Shown in pieces: positions 1 to 8,269 of a stretch of 32,221 nucleotides of DNA. Made by a program: the position numbers and the translations under genes. Every line of letters begins with the position of its first letter. Position 1 is the stretch's first letter. The DNA is from Abditibacteriaceae bacterium (GTDB lineage: Bacteria; Armatimonadota; Abditibacteriia; Abditibacteriales; Abditibacteriaceae): positions 1 to 32,221 of the forward strand of contig JANMKN010000182.1 of assembly GCA_031372065.1 (NCBI GenBank), written 5' to 3'. The notes beneath the pieces are model-generated. The model saw only the letters and a program-made list of their open reading frames with translations. It did no database searches and was not told the DNA's origin.

Positions 1-1262
1 ACATTTTGATGATCGGCCCGACCGGCGTCGGCAAGACCGAAATCGCGCGCCGCCTCGCCACATTGGCCGGAGCGCCGCTTTTGAAAGTCGAAGCGACGAA
101 GTTCACCGAAGTCGGCTACGTCGGGCGCGACGTGGACGCGATGGTGCGCGACATCACCGACATCGCGGTGGCGATGGTCGAAAAAGAAAAAATCGCCGAA
201 GTGCAAGAGCGCGCCGCCGAGCGCGTGCAGGAGCGCATTCTCGATTTGCTGGTCGAACGCCCGCAGCCGCGCGCCAAAACGCCAACTTCGATGAATCCGA
301 TGGGTTTCTGGGGCACGCCGGACGCCGAAGAGAATCCCGCCGAAGACGAAAACTATAAATTGCAGTTGGAACAGGCCGAGCGCCTGCGTTCGCGCATGAA
401 AGACAAGCTCGAACGCGGCGAACTGGAAAACGCCGAAGTCGAACTCGACATCGAGCAGCAAAAAAGCGGTGGAGCGCGCATTTTCACGCCCGCCGGCATG
501 GAAGAAATGGGCTTCGATATGCAAAGTATGTTTTCCAATATGTTCCCCAAAGAGCGCAAGCGTCGCAAAATGAAAATAGCCGAAGCGCGCGGCGTTTTGC
601 AGGCCGAAGAAGCGCAAAAACTGCTCGACCGCGACGCGATTATCAGCGAAGCGCTCTCGCGCGTGCAGGAAACCGGCATCATGTTCATTGACGAAATAGA
701 CAAAGTGGCGGGACGCGAAGGCGGCGGTCATTCCGGCCCGCAAGTTTCGCGCGAAGGCGTGCAGCGCGACCTTTTGCCGATTGTCGAAGGCAGCACCGTG
801 ATGACCAAACACGGCCCCGTTCAAACCAATCATATGTTGTTCATCGCGGCAGGCGCTTTTAACGTCGCCAAACCGAGTGACCTGATTCCCGAATTGCAAG
901 GCCGCTTCCCGATTCGCGTCGAACTCGAACCATTAACCGAAGCCGATTTCCGGCGCATTTTAGTCGAGCCGCAAAACGCGCTTTTGAAGCAATATGCGGC
1001 CCTTTTGGGCGCTGACGGCGTGGAGCTGCAATTTGAAGAAGACGGCATCGCCGAAATCGCGCGTTTGGCTTGTTTAGTCAATGAACAAACCGAAAACATC
1101 GGCGCCCGCCGCCTGCACACGATGGTCGAACGCCTGCTCGAAGAAATCTCCTTCGACGCGCCCGACACCGACACCAAATCGCTCACCATAAACGCCGCCT
1201 TCGTCAAAGAACACCTCGGCCCGCTCGTCAAAGACGAAGATTTGAGCCGCTATATTTTGTGA
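1..1262 (+). CDS. hslU: ATP-dependent protease ATPase subunit HslU (5'-truncated by the window edge)
   Basis: Walker A ILMIGPTGVGKTEIARRLA, KVEATKFTEVGYVGRDV, Walker B FIDEIDK, VSREGVQRDLLP, ELQGRFPIRVEL, NIGARRLHT and C-terminal DLSRYIL. The frame is open to base 1. Confidence 0.98.
   Translation, partial: ILMIGPTGVGKTEIARRLATLAGAPLLKVEATKFTEVGYVGRDVDAMVRDITDIAVAMVEKEKIAEVQERAAERVQERILDLLVERPQPRAKTPTSMNPMGFWGTPDAEENPAEDENYKLQLEQAERLRSRMKDKLERGELENAEVELDIEQQKSGGARIFTPAGMEEMGFDMQSMFSNMFPKERKRRKMKIAEARGVLQAEEAQKLLDRDAIISEALSRVQETGIMFIDEIDKVAGREGGGHSGPQVSREGVQRDLLPIVEGSTVMTKHGPVQTNHMLFIAAGAFNVAKPSDLIPELQGRFPIRVELEPLTEADFRRILVEPQNALLKQYAALLGADGVELQFEEDGIAEIARLACLVNEQTENIGARRLHTMVERLLEEISFDAPDTDTKSLTINAAFVKEHLGPLVKDEDLSRYIL
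1240..1261 (+). repeat. Direct repeat copy 1 (3' end of hslU)
   Basis: ATTTGAGCCGCTATATTTTGTG; matches 2441..2462 at 21/22 nt. Confidence 0.9.
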
Positions 1263-1264
1263 AC

Positions 1265-2050
1265 TCAGCGTTTCGGAGGATTTGTGAGCAGTTGGATAAA
1301 TTGAGAAGTGGCTTCATTTTGCTCTGCCTTTTGAGCAATCTGCAATGCCGTTTTGCCGGACTTGTTCTTTAAATTGATTCGTGCTCCACGCAAAAGAAGC
1401 AAGCGCGTTAATGCAATTCCGTCATTATCTGGCTCTTGGGCTATACGCATCAGCGGCGTATAGCCTTCTTTGTCGCGAATATTGATCATTGCGCCCTGTT
1501 TTATCAATTCTTGTCCCGTCTCAAAATTGGAAGCGCAGCCGCAACTGCCACAAGAGTAAACCGCGTGCAATAAAGCTGTTGCGCCGTTTGAATCTTTCAT
1601 TTCCAATTTTGCGCCATGTTTCAAAAGAAGTTGAATTGTAGCACCATTAAGAAAAGCCGCTGCATACATCAGAGGAGTGGCTTGATTCGATAGTCGTCGA
1701 ATATTTACATCTGCTCCTCTCTTGAGTAAGGGCGCCACCATAGAATTACCGTTCCGCAAGGCGATAAAAATCACTGGTAGGCCATTTTCATCGCGCGCAT
1801 TGGGATTGGCTCCCTTATCCAACAAAGTTTGAGCTTCCTTGCTCCGACCGTTTTCAAACGCGCGATCCAATTTTAGACTCAATTGATGCCGTTGTGCAGA
1901 ATGCAAAGTAACTGAACCTTGCCCTAGAACTCTGGCTCCGACACGGCACCAAACAAAAGAAGTAATGCCGAACAGAAAAACAGCAATTGCGACAATTTTG
2001 CGAGAAGACCACATAAACTCAATTATGGCGTTTCTGGCAAATTTTCGCAT
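1265..2050 (-). CDS. Ankyrin-repeat protein with N-terminal signal/membrane anchor (alternative start at 2014)
   Basis: Ankyrin motifs LLDKGANPNARDENG, LLKRGADVNI, TPLMYAA, LLLKHGAKLEMKDSNGATALLHA, GYTPLM, GKTALQIA; hydrophobic N-terminus IVAIAVFLFGITSFVW. Confidence 0.92.
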   Translation of the reverse strand: MRKFARNAIIEFMWSSRKIVAIAVFLFGITSFVWCRVGARVLGQGSVTLHSAQRHQLSLKLDRAFENGRSKEAQTLLDKGANPNARDENGLPVIFIALRNGNSMVAPLLKRGADVNIRRLSNQATPLMYAAAFLNGATIQLLLKHGAKLEMKDSNGATALLHAVYSCGSCGCASNFETGQELIKQGAMINIRDKEGYTPLMRIAQEPDNDGIALTRLLLLRGARINLKNKSGKTALQIAQKAEQNEATSQFIQLLTNPPKR

Positions 2051-2088
2051 TTGTTGAATAGAAAAACCACTGTATTTTGTGAGTTATC

Positions 2089-2439
2089 ATGTCCGCCAAA
2101 GCAATTTTTCAGTCGCATTGGGCATCCTTTCTGTTTTTGCTGCCTTTTGTTGTCTTGTTTGCCTTGCATAACGCGTTGGGGCTGTCGAATGCGGTTATGG
2201 TGTTGGCTGACGATTATCCCGGACGCGACAAAGTGTTCGGCATGGACGTGCAACTCTACAATTTGATAATGTGTTTAGCTTTTATAGGCGGCCTATTCGC
2301 TTTTTGGATGCACGCTGCCTATCTTTTTGGTGGCAGTAAAGATAAGAATCGCATTTGGGTTTTTGCCGCCAAAACTGTGTTTGCAGGTTTATTTTGGGCA
2401 GCAATTTTATTGCTTATGCAATACACAGACAGCAGATAA
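2089..2439 (+). CDS. Hypothetical small membrane protein (about 3 TM segments)
   Basis: 116-aa ORF with three hydrophobic stretches, divergent from the ankyrin gene; stop lies just before repeat copy 2. Confidence 0.7.
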   Translation: MSAKAIFQSHWASFLFLLPFVVLFALHNALGLSNAVMVLADDYPGRDKVFGMDVQLYNLIMCLAFIGGLFAFWMHAAYLFGGSKDKNRIWVFAAKTVFAGLFWAAILLLMQYTDSR

Positions 2440-2440
2440 A

Positions 2441-2462
2441 ATTTGAGCCGCTCTATTTTGTG
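2441..2462 (+). repeat. Direct repeat copy 2 of the hslU 3' end
   Basis: ATTTGAGCCGCTCTATTTTGTG; one mismatch to 1240..1261. Confidence 0.9.
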
Positions 2463-2478
2463 CGGGACTAAAACAGCG

Positions 2479-2560
2479 GGGCTACGCTACGCTCCACCCT
2501 CTTCCAAACGGGGGCTGTTTGAAATTCATGTTTGGAAGAGGGTGGAGCGTAGCGTAGCCC
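2479..2560. repeat. REP/REPIN-like perfect inverted repeat upstream of RAYT
   Basis: 31-bp arm GGGCTACGCTACGCTCCACCCTCTTCCAAAC (2479..2509), 20-nt loop, exact reverse complement at 2530..2560. Confidence 0.9.
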
Positions 2561-2580
2561 TGCCCTAAAACTAAGAAGCC

Positions 2581-3120
2581 ATGAGTCAGCGTTTTAATCG
2601 GCCTGATGCTGCCGGAGTGCTGCATTATGTCACTTTAAATGTGCGCGAACGGCGACCGATTTTCTCACACGGCGCTTATGCACTGGCCTTGCTGCAAACC
2701 ATGCGGACTATTTGCGATAATTATCCGGCCAAATTGGTGGCTTATGTTGTCATGCCCAATCATTTGCATTTCGTTATGCATCCTCAAGACGGCAAATTAG
2801 GCCATTTTTTATCACGTTTTAAACCAGCCGCGACAAAAAGTATGGATGCTCTGGCTCTTGAGAAAAATCATCTCAAGATGCAAGCTTGGCTACGCACAGA
2901 ATACGGCAGAAATCTGTGGCAAGACGGAAAACACAGTTTGCACTTGTGGAGCGACAAATTAATCTGGCAGAAAATTCACTATATTCATAATAATCCGGTG
3001 CGTGCTGGCCTCGTTTCTCACTCTGCGGATTATCGTTGGTCAAGTTTTGGTGCCTTTGAAGTGCAATCCGCCCATCAAATTCCTGTTGCAGTGGACAGTG
3101 ATTGGTGGTGGGAGAATTAA
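2581..3120 (+). CDS. REP-associated tyrosine transposase (RAYT; Y1 HUH family)
   Basis: HYVTLNVRERRPIF, HUH motif YVVMPNHLH, LWQ, catalytic Tyr motif YIHNNPVRAGLV, YRWSS; flanked by palindromes. Confidence 0.93.
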   Translation: MSQRFNRPDAAGVLHYVTLNVRERRPIFSHGAYALALLQTMRTICDNYPAKLVAYVVMPNHLHFVMHPQDGKLGHFLSRFKPAATKSMDALALEKNHLKMQAWLRTEYGRNLWQDGKHSLHLWSDKLIWQKIHYIHNNPVRAGLVSHSADYRWSSFGAFEVQSAHQIPVAVDSDWWWEN

Positions 3121-3139
3121 GCGAGGCTATCTGTTAATG

Positions 3140-3233
3140 GCGGGGCTGTCGCCCTCTTCCAAACGGGCAAATGCAAATTAAAATAAGTCGCCCCGTTTGG
3201 AAGAGAAACCGCCCAAAGGGCACCCGGCCCCGC
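3140..3233. repeat. REP-like inverted repeat downstream of RAYT
   Basis: CTCTTCCAAACGGG (3154..3167) pairs with CCCGTTTGGAAGAG (3192..3205); outer GCGGGGC (3140..3146) pairs with GCCCCGC (3227..3233). CCCTCTTCCAAACGGG is shared with the upstream hairpin region (2497..2512). Confidence 0.85.
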
Positions 3234-3234
3234 T

Positions 3235-3717
3235 TTCCAGCCAACTTCTGCCTGTTTCCAGCCTCTGTAAGCGCTTTTCCCGCTTGCCTGAGTGCTATTC
3301 CAACCTACAAGAGCGCCTTTCCAGCCTCCAAGAGACATCTTTCAGCCAACTTCCACCTTCTTCCAACTTGCTCAAGTGTGTTTCCAACCTCCAAGAGCGA
3401 CTTTCCAGCCTCTATGGGCCTGTTTCCAGCTATCTTATGCGTGCTTCCAGCCGACGTTCGTGATGTTCCAGTGATAATTCGTGACCTTCCAGTGACCTTT
3501 TGTGATGTTCCAATGAACATTAGCGTGCTTCCAGCAAACATTAGGGTGCTTCCAACGAACACGAGCGTTGTTCCAACGAACATGAGGGTGCTTCCAACGA
3601 ACACGAGACAGCTTCCAACCGATGTGAGACACCTTCCAACGAACATCAGACACGTTTCAACAAGCTCAAGGCACGTTCCAACGAACACGAGACAGCTTCC
3701 AACGCTGCAACTTGGAA
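3235..3717. repeat. Strictly phased array of 23 degenerate 21-bp units, consensus TTCCARY-N8-G-N5
   Basis: Units start at 3235, 3256, 3277 and so on to 3697, exactly 21 bp apart. TTCCA in 20/23 (TTCCC once, TTTCA twice); G at unit position 16 in 21/23; units 18 and 22 identical. Confidence 0.95.
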
Positions 3718-3795
3718 ATCACAAGGCAAATGCGACTGTGTGGCTTGCCTTATAAGTTTCTTGTTGGGATGAGGGCGAAAGTGCGCGCTTTTTGC

Positions 3796-3824
3796 TTGTG
3801 CAATGTTTCACAGGTCGGTAGAAT
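3796..3824 (+). promoter_or_regulatory. Putative sigma70-type promoter for the nuoC cluster
   Basis: TTGTGC (3796..3801), 17-bp spacer, TAGAAT (3819..3824), 24 nt before the nuoC ATG. Confidence 0.45.
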
Positions 3825-3848
3825 GAAAAGCTGAAAAGCGAAAAGATT

Positions 3849-4445
3849 ATGGCGAAGCACATCAGCGATTCGGTGACGGGGCCAAACCCGACAATGGAAG
3901 CCGTGCCGATTGAAAGCAGCGGCGCGGCAAAATATGAAATTCCGGCCAAAGCCGAGGAAACTGTGACGCGTTTGGCGGCGCAATTCGGCGATATTGCGTG
4001 GGAAATCGTGCGCTTTCGCAATGAAGTGACACTTTATGTGCCGCGTGAGCGCATTGTTGAGGTTTGCCAATTTTGCAAAAGCGAACTGGGCTTTAATTAT
4101 CTCAGCGATTTAACAGGCAACGATTGGCCGGAGCGCGAGACGCGATTTGAAGTGATTTATCATTTGTATTCGATGGAGCATTTCACAAGGTTTCGCCTCA
4201 AAGTGCGCGTGCCGGAAGAGCCTTGCATTTGTCCGAGCGTGACGAGCGTTTGGGCCACGGCCAACTGGCACGAGCGCGAAACATTCGATCTGTTCGGCAT
4301 CGTTTTCGAGGGTCATCCCGATTTGCGGCGCATTTTGCTGACCGAAGAATGGCAAGGCCATCCGTTGCGGCAAGATTATCCCATCGGCTGGGAAGAACCG
4401 GAGTTTACCGTTCGCAAAATCAATCGCGATTACGCGACAGGATAG
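3849..4445 (+). CDS. nuoC: NADH-quinone oxidoreductase subunit C
   Basis: FNYLSDLTGND, RFEVIYHLYS, WATANWHERETFDLFGIVFEGHPDLRRILL, GHPLRQDYP. Confidence 0.96.
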   Translation: MAKHISDSVTGPNPTMEAVPIESSGAAKYEIPAKAEETVTRLAAQFGDIAWEIVRFRNEVTLYVPRERIVEVCQFCKSELGFNYLSDLTGNDWPERETRFEVIYHLYSMEHFTRFRLKVRVPEEPCICPSVTSVWATANWHERETFDLFGIVFEGHPDLRRILLTEEWQGHPLRQDYPIGWEEPEFTVRKINRDYATG

Positions 4446-4518
4446 CAGTGAGCGGTGTTCAGTGATCAGAACTTTTTTGCACTGAACACTGCTCACTGAA
4501 CACTGAACACTGAACACT
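4446..4518. repeat. Intergenic heptamer (CACTGAA) repeat hairpin
   Basis: CAGTGAGCGGTGTTCAGTG (4446..4464) pairs with 4480..4498 at 18/19; tandem CACTGAA copies at 4494, 4501, 4508. Confidence 0.85.
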
Positions 4519-4523
4519 TCATC

Positions 4524-5864
4524 ATGTTAGGTTTAAAACCAAAGCGCGATCCGGCGCAAATTTTCGATAACAAACGGGCCGACATGGCGCCGATTGAAGC
4601 CTTGCAGCGCCGCACGCAGCAGGAAGAAGCCATCGAACGTGGCGGGCAACTGGCGTCGGGCGTCAGCATTGAACGCTTGCCGGGCGGCGCCGGGCAGTCG
4701 GAGCGGATGCTCATCAATATGGGGCCGCAGCATCCATCCACGCACGGCGTTTTGCGTTTGGTGCTGGAACTCGATGGAGAAACCGTCACTAAAGTCGAAC
4801 CGGCCATCGGTTATTTGCACACTGGCATGGAAAAGACGATGCAAAGCAAGTCGTATCAGCAAGCCATCGTCGTCACGGATCGCTTCGATTACACCAATTC
4901 GATGGGCAATAACTTGGTTTATTGCCTCGCTGTCGAAAAGCTGCTTGGCGCCGAAATTCCGCCGCGCGCGCAGGCTTTGCGCGTTATTTGCGCCGAACTT
5001 GGCCGCTTGGCCGCGCATATGGTGTGGCTCGGCACGCACGCGCTCGATTTAGGCGCCATGAGCGTCTTGTTTTATTGTTTCCGCGAACGCGAGATGATTC
5101 TCGATATGTTCGATACGCTGTGCGGCGCGCGTTTAACGTATTCGTATATGCGTGTGGGCGGCGTGGTGCAGGACGCGCCGCCCGAATTTTTGCGGCAGTT
5201 GGAAGCGTTTTGCAAAATCATTGACGAGCGCATTGACGAATACGCGTATTTGCTGCAAGACAACGAAATTTTCCGCTCGCGCACCATCGGCATCGGCTAT
5301 ATGTCGAAGGAAGACATCATTGATATGGGCCTGTCCGGGCCATTGATTCGCGCGGCGGGACTCGATTGGGACGTGCGCAAAGCCGAGCCGTATTCGGGCT
5401 ACGAAAATTACAATTTTGAAATTCCCATCGGCGTTAATTCCGATGTGTATGATCGCTTTTTGGTGCGCATGGAAGAAATGCGCCAGAGCGCGCAAATTAT
5501 CAAGCAAGCATTGGCAAATTTGCCTTCTGGCGCCACGCGCTGCGCGGATCGCAAGATTTCCCTACCGCCGCGTGAGGAACTGGCGAACTCGATGGAAGCC
5601 GTGATTCATCACTTCAAATTGATAACCGAAGGCTTCCATCCGCCGTATAATCAAGAAGTTTATGTAGCGAATGAATCGCCCAAAGGCGAGATCGCGTTTT
5701 ACATCGTCAGCGACGGCAGCAACAAGCCGTATCGCTGTCATTTGCGCGGGCCAAGTTTCGTGAATTTGCAAGGCCTGGCGAAGATGATTGAAGGCGAACT
5801 CATCGCCGATGCCGTAGCGATTATCGGCTCGATTGACATTGTTTTGGGCGAGGTTGACAGATAG
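4524..5864 (+). CDS. nuoD: NADH-quinone oxidoreductase subunit D
   Basis: NMGPQHPSTHGVLRL, IGYLHTGMEK, DRFDY, ESPKGE, RGPSFVNL, IIGSIDIVLGEVDR. Confidence 0.97.
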   Translation: MLGLKPKRDPAQIFDNKRADMAPIEALQRRTQQEEAIERGGQLASGVSIERLPGGAGQSERMLINMGPQHPSTHGVLRLVLELDGETVTKVEPAIGYLHTGMEKTMQSKSYQQAIVVTDRFDYTNSMGNNLVYCLAVEKLLGAEIPPRAQALRVICAELGRLAAHMVWLGTHALDLGAMSVLFYCFREREMILDMFDTLCGARLTYSYMRVGGVVQDAPPEFLRQLEAFCKIIDERIDEYAYLLQDNEIFRSRTIGIGYMSKEDIIDMGLSGPLIRAAGLDWDVRKAEPYSGYENYNFEIPIGVNSDVYDRFLVRMEEMRQSAQIIKQALANLPSGATRCADRKISLPPREELANSMEAVIHHFKLITEGFHPPYNQEVYVANESPKGEIAFYIVSDGSNKPYRCHLRGPSFVNLQGLAKMIEGELIADAVAIIGSIDIVLGEVDR

Positions 5865-5865
5865 G

Positions 5866-5946
5866 ATTTAGGTCTTTGGACTTTGGTTTTAGGTCTTTGA
5901 TTCCGCCGCGCGCGTTTCCCAAAACCAAAACCCAAAACCCAAAACC
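5866..5946. repeat. Intergenic heptamer-type repeat with imperfect hairpin potential
   Basis: TTAGGTCTTTG at 5868 and 5889, followed by CCAAAAC-type tandem copies at about 5919..5946. Confidence 0.75.
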
Positions 5947-5963
5947 GGGAGCGAAGCGACCTA

Positions 5964-6593
5964 ATGTTAAGCAACGCGGCGATTGACCGCATTCAACAAC
6001 TGGTGAAGGAATATCCGAACACCAAATCGGCGCTTGTGCCCGCGCTTTATGTGGCGCAGCGCGATAATGGCGGCCATTTGTCGCGCGATTCGATGGTTGA
6101 AGTGGCCGAAGAACTGAGCCTGCCCGAATCGCACGTTTTTGGCGTGGCGACGTTTTATTCGATGTTCTATTTCGAGCCGGTCGGCAAACATTTGGTGCAA
6201 GTCTGCGGCACTTCTCCGTGCCGTTTGCGCGGCGCAGCGAACGCCATTGATTGCTTTAAAGGCAAACTCGGCCTCGAAATCGGGCAAACCAGCGAAGACG
6301 GCCTGTTTACTTTGCAGGAAGTCGAATGCTTGGCTGCCTGCCATTTGGCACCAATGGCGCAGATAAATGAAGATTACTTTTTTCATCTGACCGAAGCGCG
6401 CGTTGATGAAATCATCGAAGCCTTGCGGCGCGGCGAAAAGCCGCAAGGCGCCGAGTTTGAAACCATGCGGTTCAACGCCCATCCGATTGCCTTAAGCGAT
6501 GAAGAACTGGGCATTGATGTTTCGCATTTAACGCCCGCTGAACCAGTTGTGAAAAAAGAAAAATCCGCCGAAGCTGCTCCGGCAACGGCTTAA
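5964..6593 (+). CDS. nuoE: NADH-quinone oxidoreductase subunit E
   Basis: VATFYSMF; [2Fe-2S] ligands VCGTSPC and ECLAAC. Confidence 0.96.
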   Translation: MLSNAAIDRIQQLVKEYPNTKSALVPALYVAQRDNGGHLSRDSMVEVAEELSLPESHVFGVATFYSMFYFEPVGKHLVQVCGTSPCRLRGAANAIDCFKGKLGLEIGQTSEDGLFTLQEVECLAACHLAPMAQINEDYFFHLTEARVDEIIEALRRGEKPQGAEFETMRFNAHPIALSDEELGIDVSHLTPAEPVVKKEKSAEAAPATA

Positions 6594-6610
6594 AGCAAGG
6601 CTCAAATTAC

Positions 6611-7912
6611 ATGGCCTACGAAGATCAACCTAAAATCATTCACAAATTGCTGAACGTGCCCAATATAAACCATATTGAGGTTTATGAAGAGCATGGCGGC
6701 TACAGCGCGCTGCGCAAGGCGTTGGAAAGTTTTTCGCCCGATGATGTGCTGAACGAAGTGAAAACTTCGGGTCTTCGCGGACGCGGCGGCGCGGGCTTCC
6801 CGACGGGCCTCAAGTGGTCTTTCATGCCCAAGCCGCTTTTTCCCAAATACTTGGTATGCAATGCCGACGAAAGCGAGCCGGGCACCTTTTCCAACCGCGA
6901 TATTTTGAATATGCACCCGCATATTCTTATTGAAGGTTTCATCATTTCGTGCTATGCAATCGGTTGCACGCATGGCTATATTTACATTCGCGGCGAGTTT
7001 TTCAAAGGTTTTGAAACCATGCGCCGCGCCTTGGCCGAAGCCAAAGCGCGCGGTTATCTGGGCAAAAACATTTTGGGAAGCGGCTTCGATTGCGAAATCA
7101 CGCTGCATACCGGCGCCGGAGCCTATATTTGTGGCGAAGAGACTGCGCTTTTGAGTTCGCTCGAAGGCGACCGGGGCCAACCGCGCCTCAAGCCGCCGTT
7201 TCCGGCAGTGGCGGGGCTTTATGCCAAGCCGACGAGTGTCAACAACGTCGAAACGCTGTCCAATGTGCCGTTTATCATCGGCGAAGGCGCGGCGGAATTT
7301 CGTAAGTTTGGGACGGATAAATCGCCGGGCATGAAAATCATGAGCGTATCGGGCCATGTCAACAAGCCGGGCAACTACGAAATGCCACTGGGCACGCCGA
7401 TTCGAGAAATCATCGAAACAGCGGGCGGCGTGCGCGGCGGCAAAGCGGTCAAAGGCTTTTTTCCCGGCGGCAGTTCCACGCCGATGCTGACACCGGATTT
7501 TCTCGATACGCCGATGGACTTTGAAAGCATCACGGCAGCGGGCAGTTTGTTGGGCACAGCGGCGCTGATTGTTTTCGACGAAGACACTGACATCGTGCAA
7601 GTAACCAAGCGTTTGTTGCAGTTTTACAAGCACGAATCGTGCGGCAAATGCACGCCGTGCCGCGAAGGTAATGACTGGTTAGTGCGCGTTTTGGACAGGC
7701 TGGACAGAAGCAAAGGCAAGGATGGCGACGCCGATTTGCTGGTAGACATGGCAAGTCAAATCGCCGGACGCTCGTTTTGTCCGCTGGGTGACGCTGCCGC
7801 GACGCCGGTTTTAAGCGGCATCAAACGCTTCCGCCCCGATTTCGAGTCGCGCATTACCAACCCGGATGAAGCGCCGCTTTTCATTCCAACAGAACAATTT
7901 TTTGGACATTAA
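6611..7912 (+). CDS. nuoF: NADH-quinone oxidoreductase subunit F
   Basis: [59 protein letters not shown]. Confidence 0.98.
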   Translation: MAYEDQPKIIHKLLNVPNINHIEVYEEHGGYSALRKALESFSPDDVLNEVKTSGLRGRGGAGFPTGLKWSFMPKPLFPKYLVCNADESEPGTFSNRDILNMHPHILIEGFIISCYAIGCTHGYIYIRGEFFKGFETMRRALAEAKARGYLGKNILGSGFDCEITLHTGAGAYICGEETALLSSLEGDRGQPRLKPPFPAVAGLYAKPTSVNNVETLSNVPFIIGEGAAEFRKFGTDKSPGMKIMSVSGHVNKPGNYEMPLGTPIREIIETAGGVRGGKAVKGFFPGGSSTPMLTPDFLDTPMDFESITAAGSLLGTAALIVFDEDTDIVQVTKRLLQFYKHESCGKCTPCREGNDWLVRVLDRLDRSKGKDGDADLLVDMASQIAGRSFCPLGDAAATPVLSGIKRFRPDFESRITNPDEAPLFIPTEQFFGH

Positions 7913-7932
7913 CCCATTTCAGGAGACACATC

Positions 7933-8175
7933 ATGACTTATGTGATTGCCGAGCCGTGCATTGACGTGAAGGACAAAGCCTGCGTCGAAGTTTGCCCCGT
8001 GGATTGCATCCACGGCGGCGACGAGGACAAGCAACTTTTTATTAATCCGCAAGAATGCATTGACTGCGGCGCTTGCGAACCGGAATGCCCCGTAGAAGCC
8101 ATTTTTGAAGAATCGGCTTTGCCCGCCGAGTGGAAACATTTCACCGAAATCAACGCGAAATATTTTGAAGCATAG
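7933..8175 (+). CDS. Dicluster ferredoxin (7Fe, FdxA-like)
   Basis: MTYVIAEPCIDVKDKACVEVCPVDCIH and CIDCGACEPECPVEAI; AGGAG ribosome-binding site at 7921. Confidence 0.93.
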   Translation: MTYVIAEPCIDVKDKACVEVCPVDCIHGGDEDKQLFINPQECIDCGACEPECPVEAIFEESALPAEWKHFTEINAKYFEA

Positions 8176-8256
8176 GTTTTAGGTCTTTGGCTTTTGAGCT
8201 TAGGTCTTTGGAAGAATCGCACAAAAACCAAAGCCAAAATCCAAAGACCTAAAACC
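8175..8256. repeat. Intergenic heptamer-type hairpin
   Basis: GGTTTTAGGTCTTTGG (8175..8190) is the exact reverse complement of CCAAAGACCTAAAACC (8241..8256); TTAGGTCTTTG at 8179 and 8200, as in the nuoD-nuoE spacer. Confidence 0.85.
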
Positions 8257-8269
8257 ACCCGAAGGGTTT

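Noticed and set aside
2581..3120. Autonomous IS200/IS605 element with tnpB
   Set aside because: No tnpB; the motifs (WQ, YIHNNPV, YRWSS) and paired flanking hairpins fit the RAYT class better.
3235..3717. Canonical CRISPR array
   Set aside because: The conserved part is only about 7 nt, the period is 21 bp, variable parts are related to each other, and no cas gene is in the window.
3171..3755. 194-aa heptad-repeat ORF and overlapping ORFs on both strands as real genes
   Set aside because: Starts inside the REP hairpin loop with no clear ribosome-binding site, and synonymous positions are fixed. Not called as a CDS, though not fully excluded.
6602..7633. 343-aa minus-strand ORF
   Set aside because: Antisense shadow of nuoF with no recognisable motifs.
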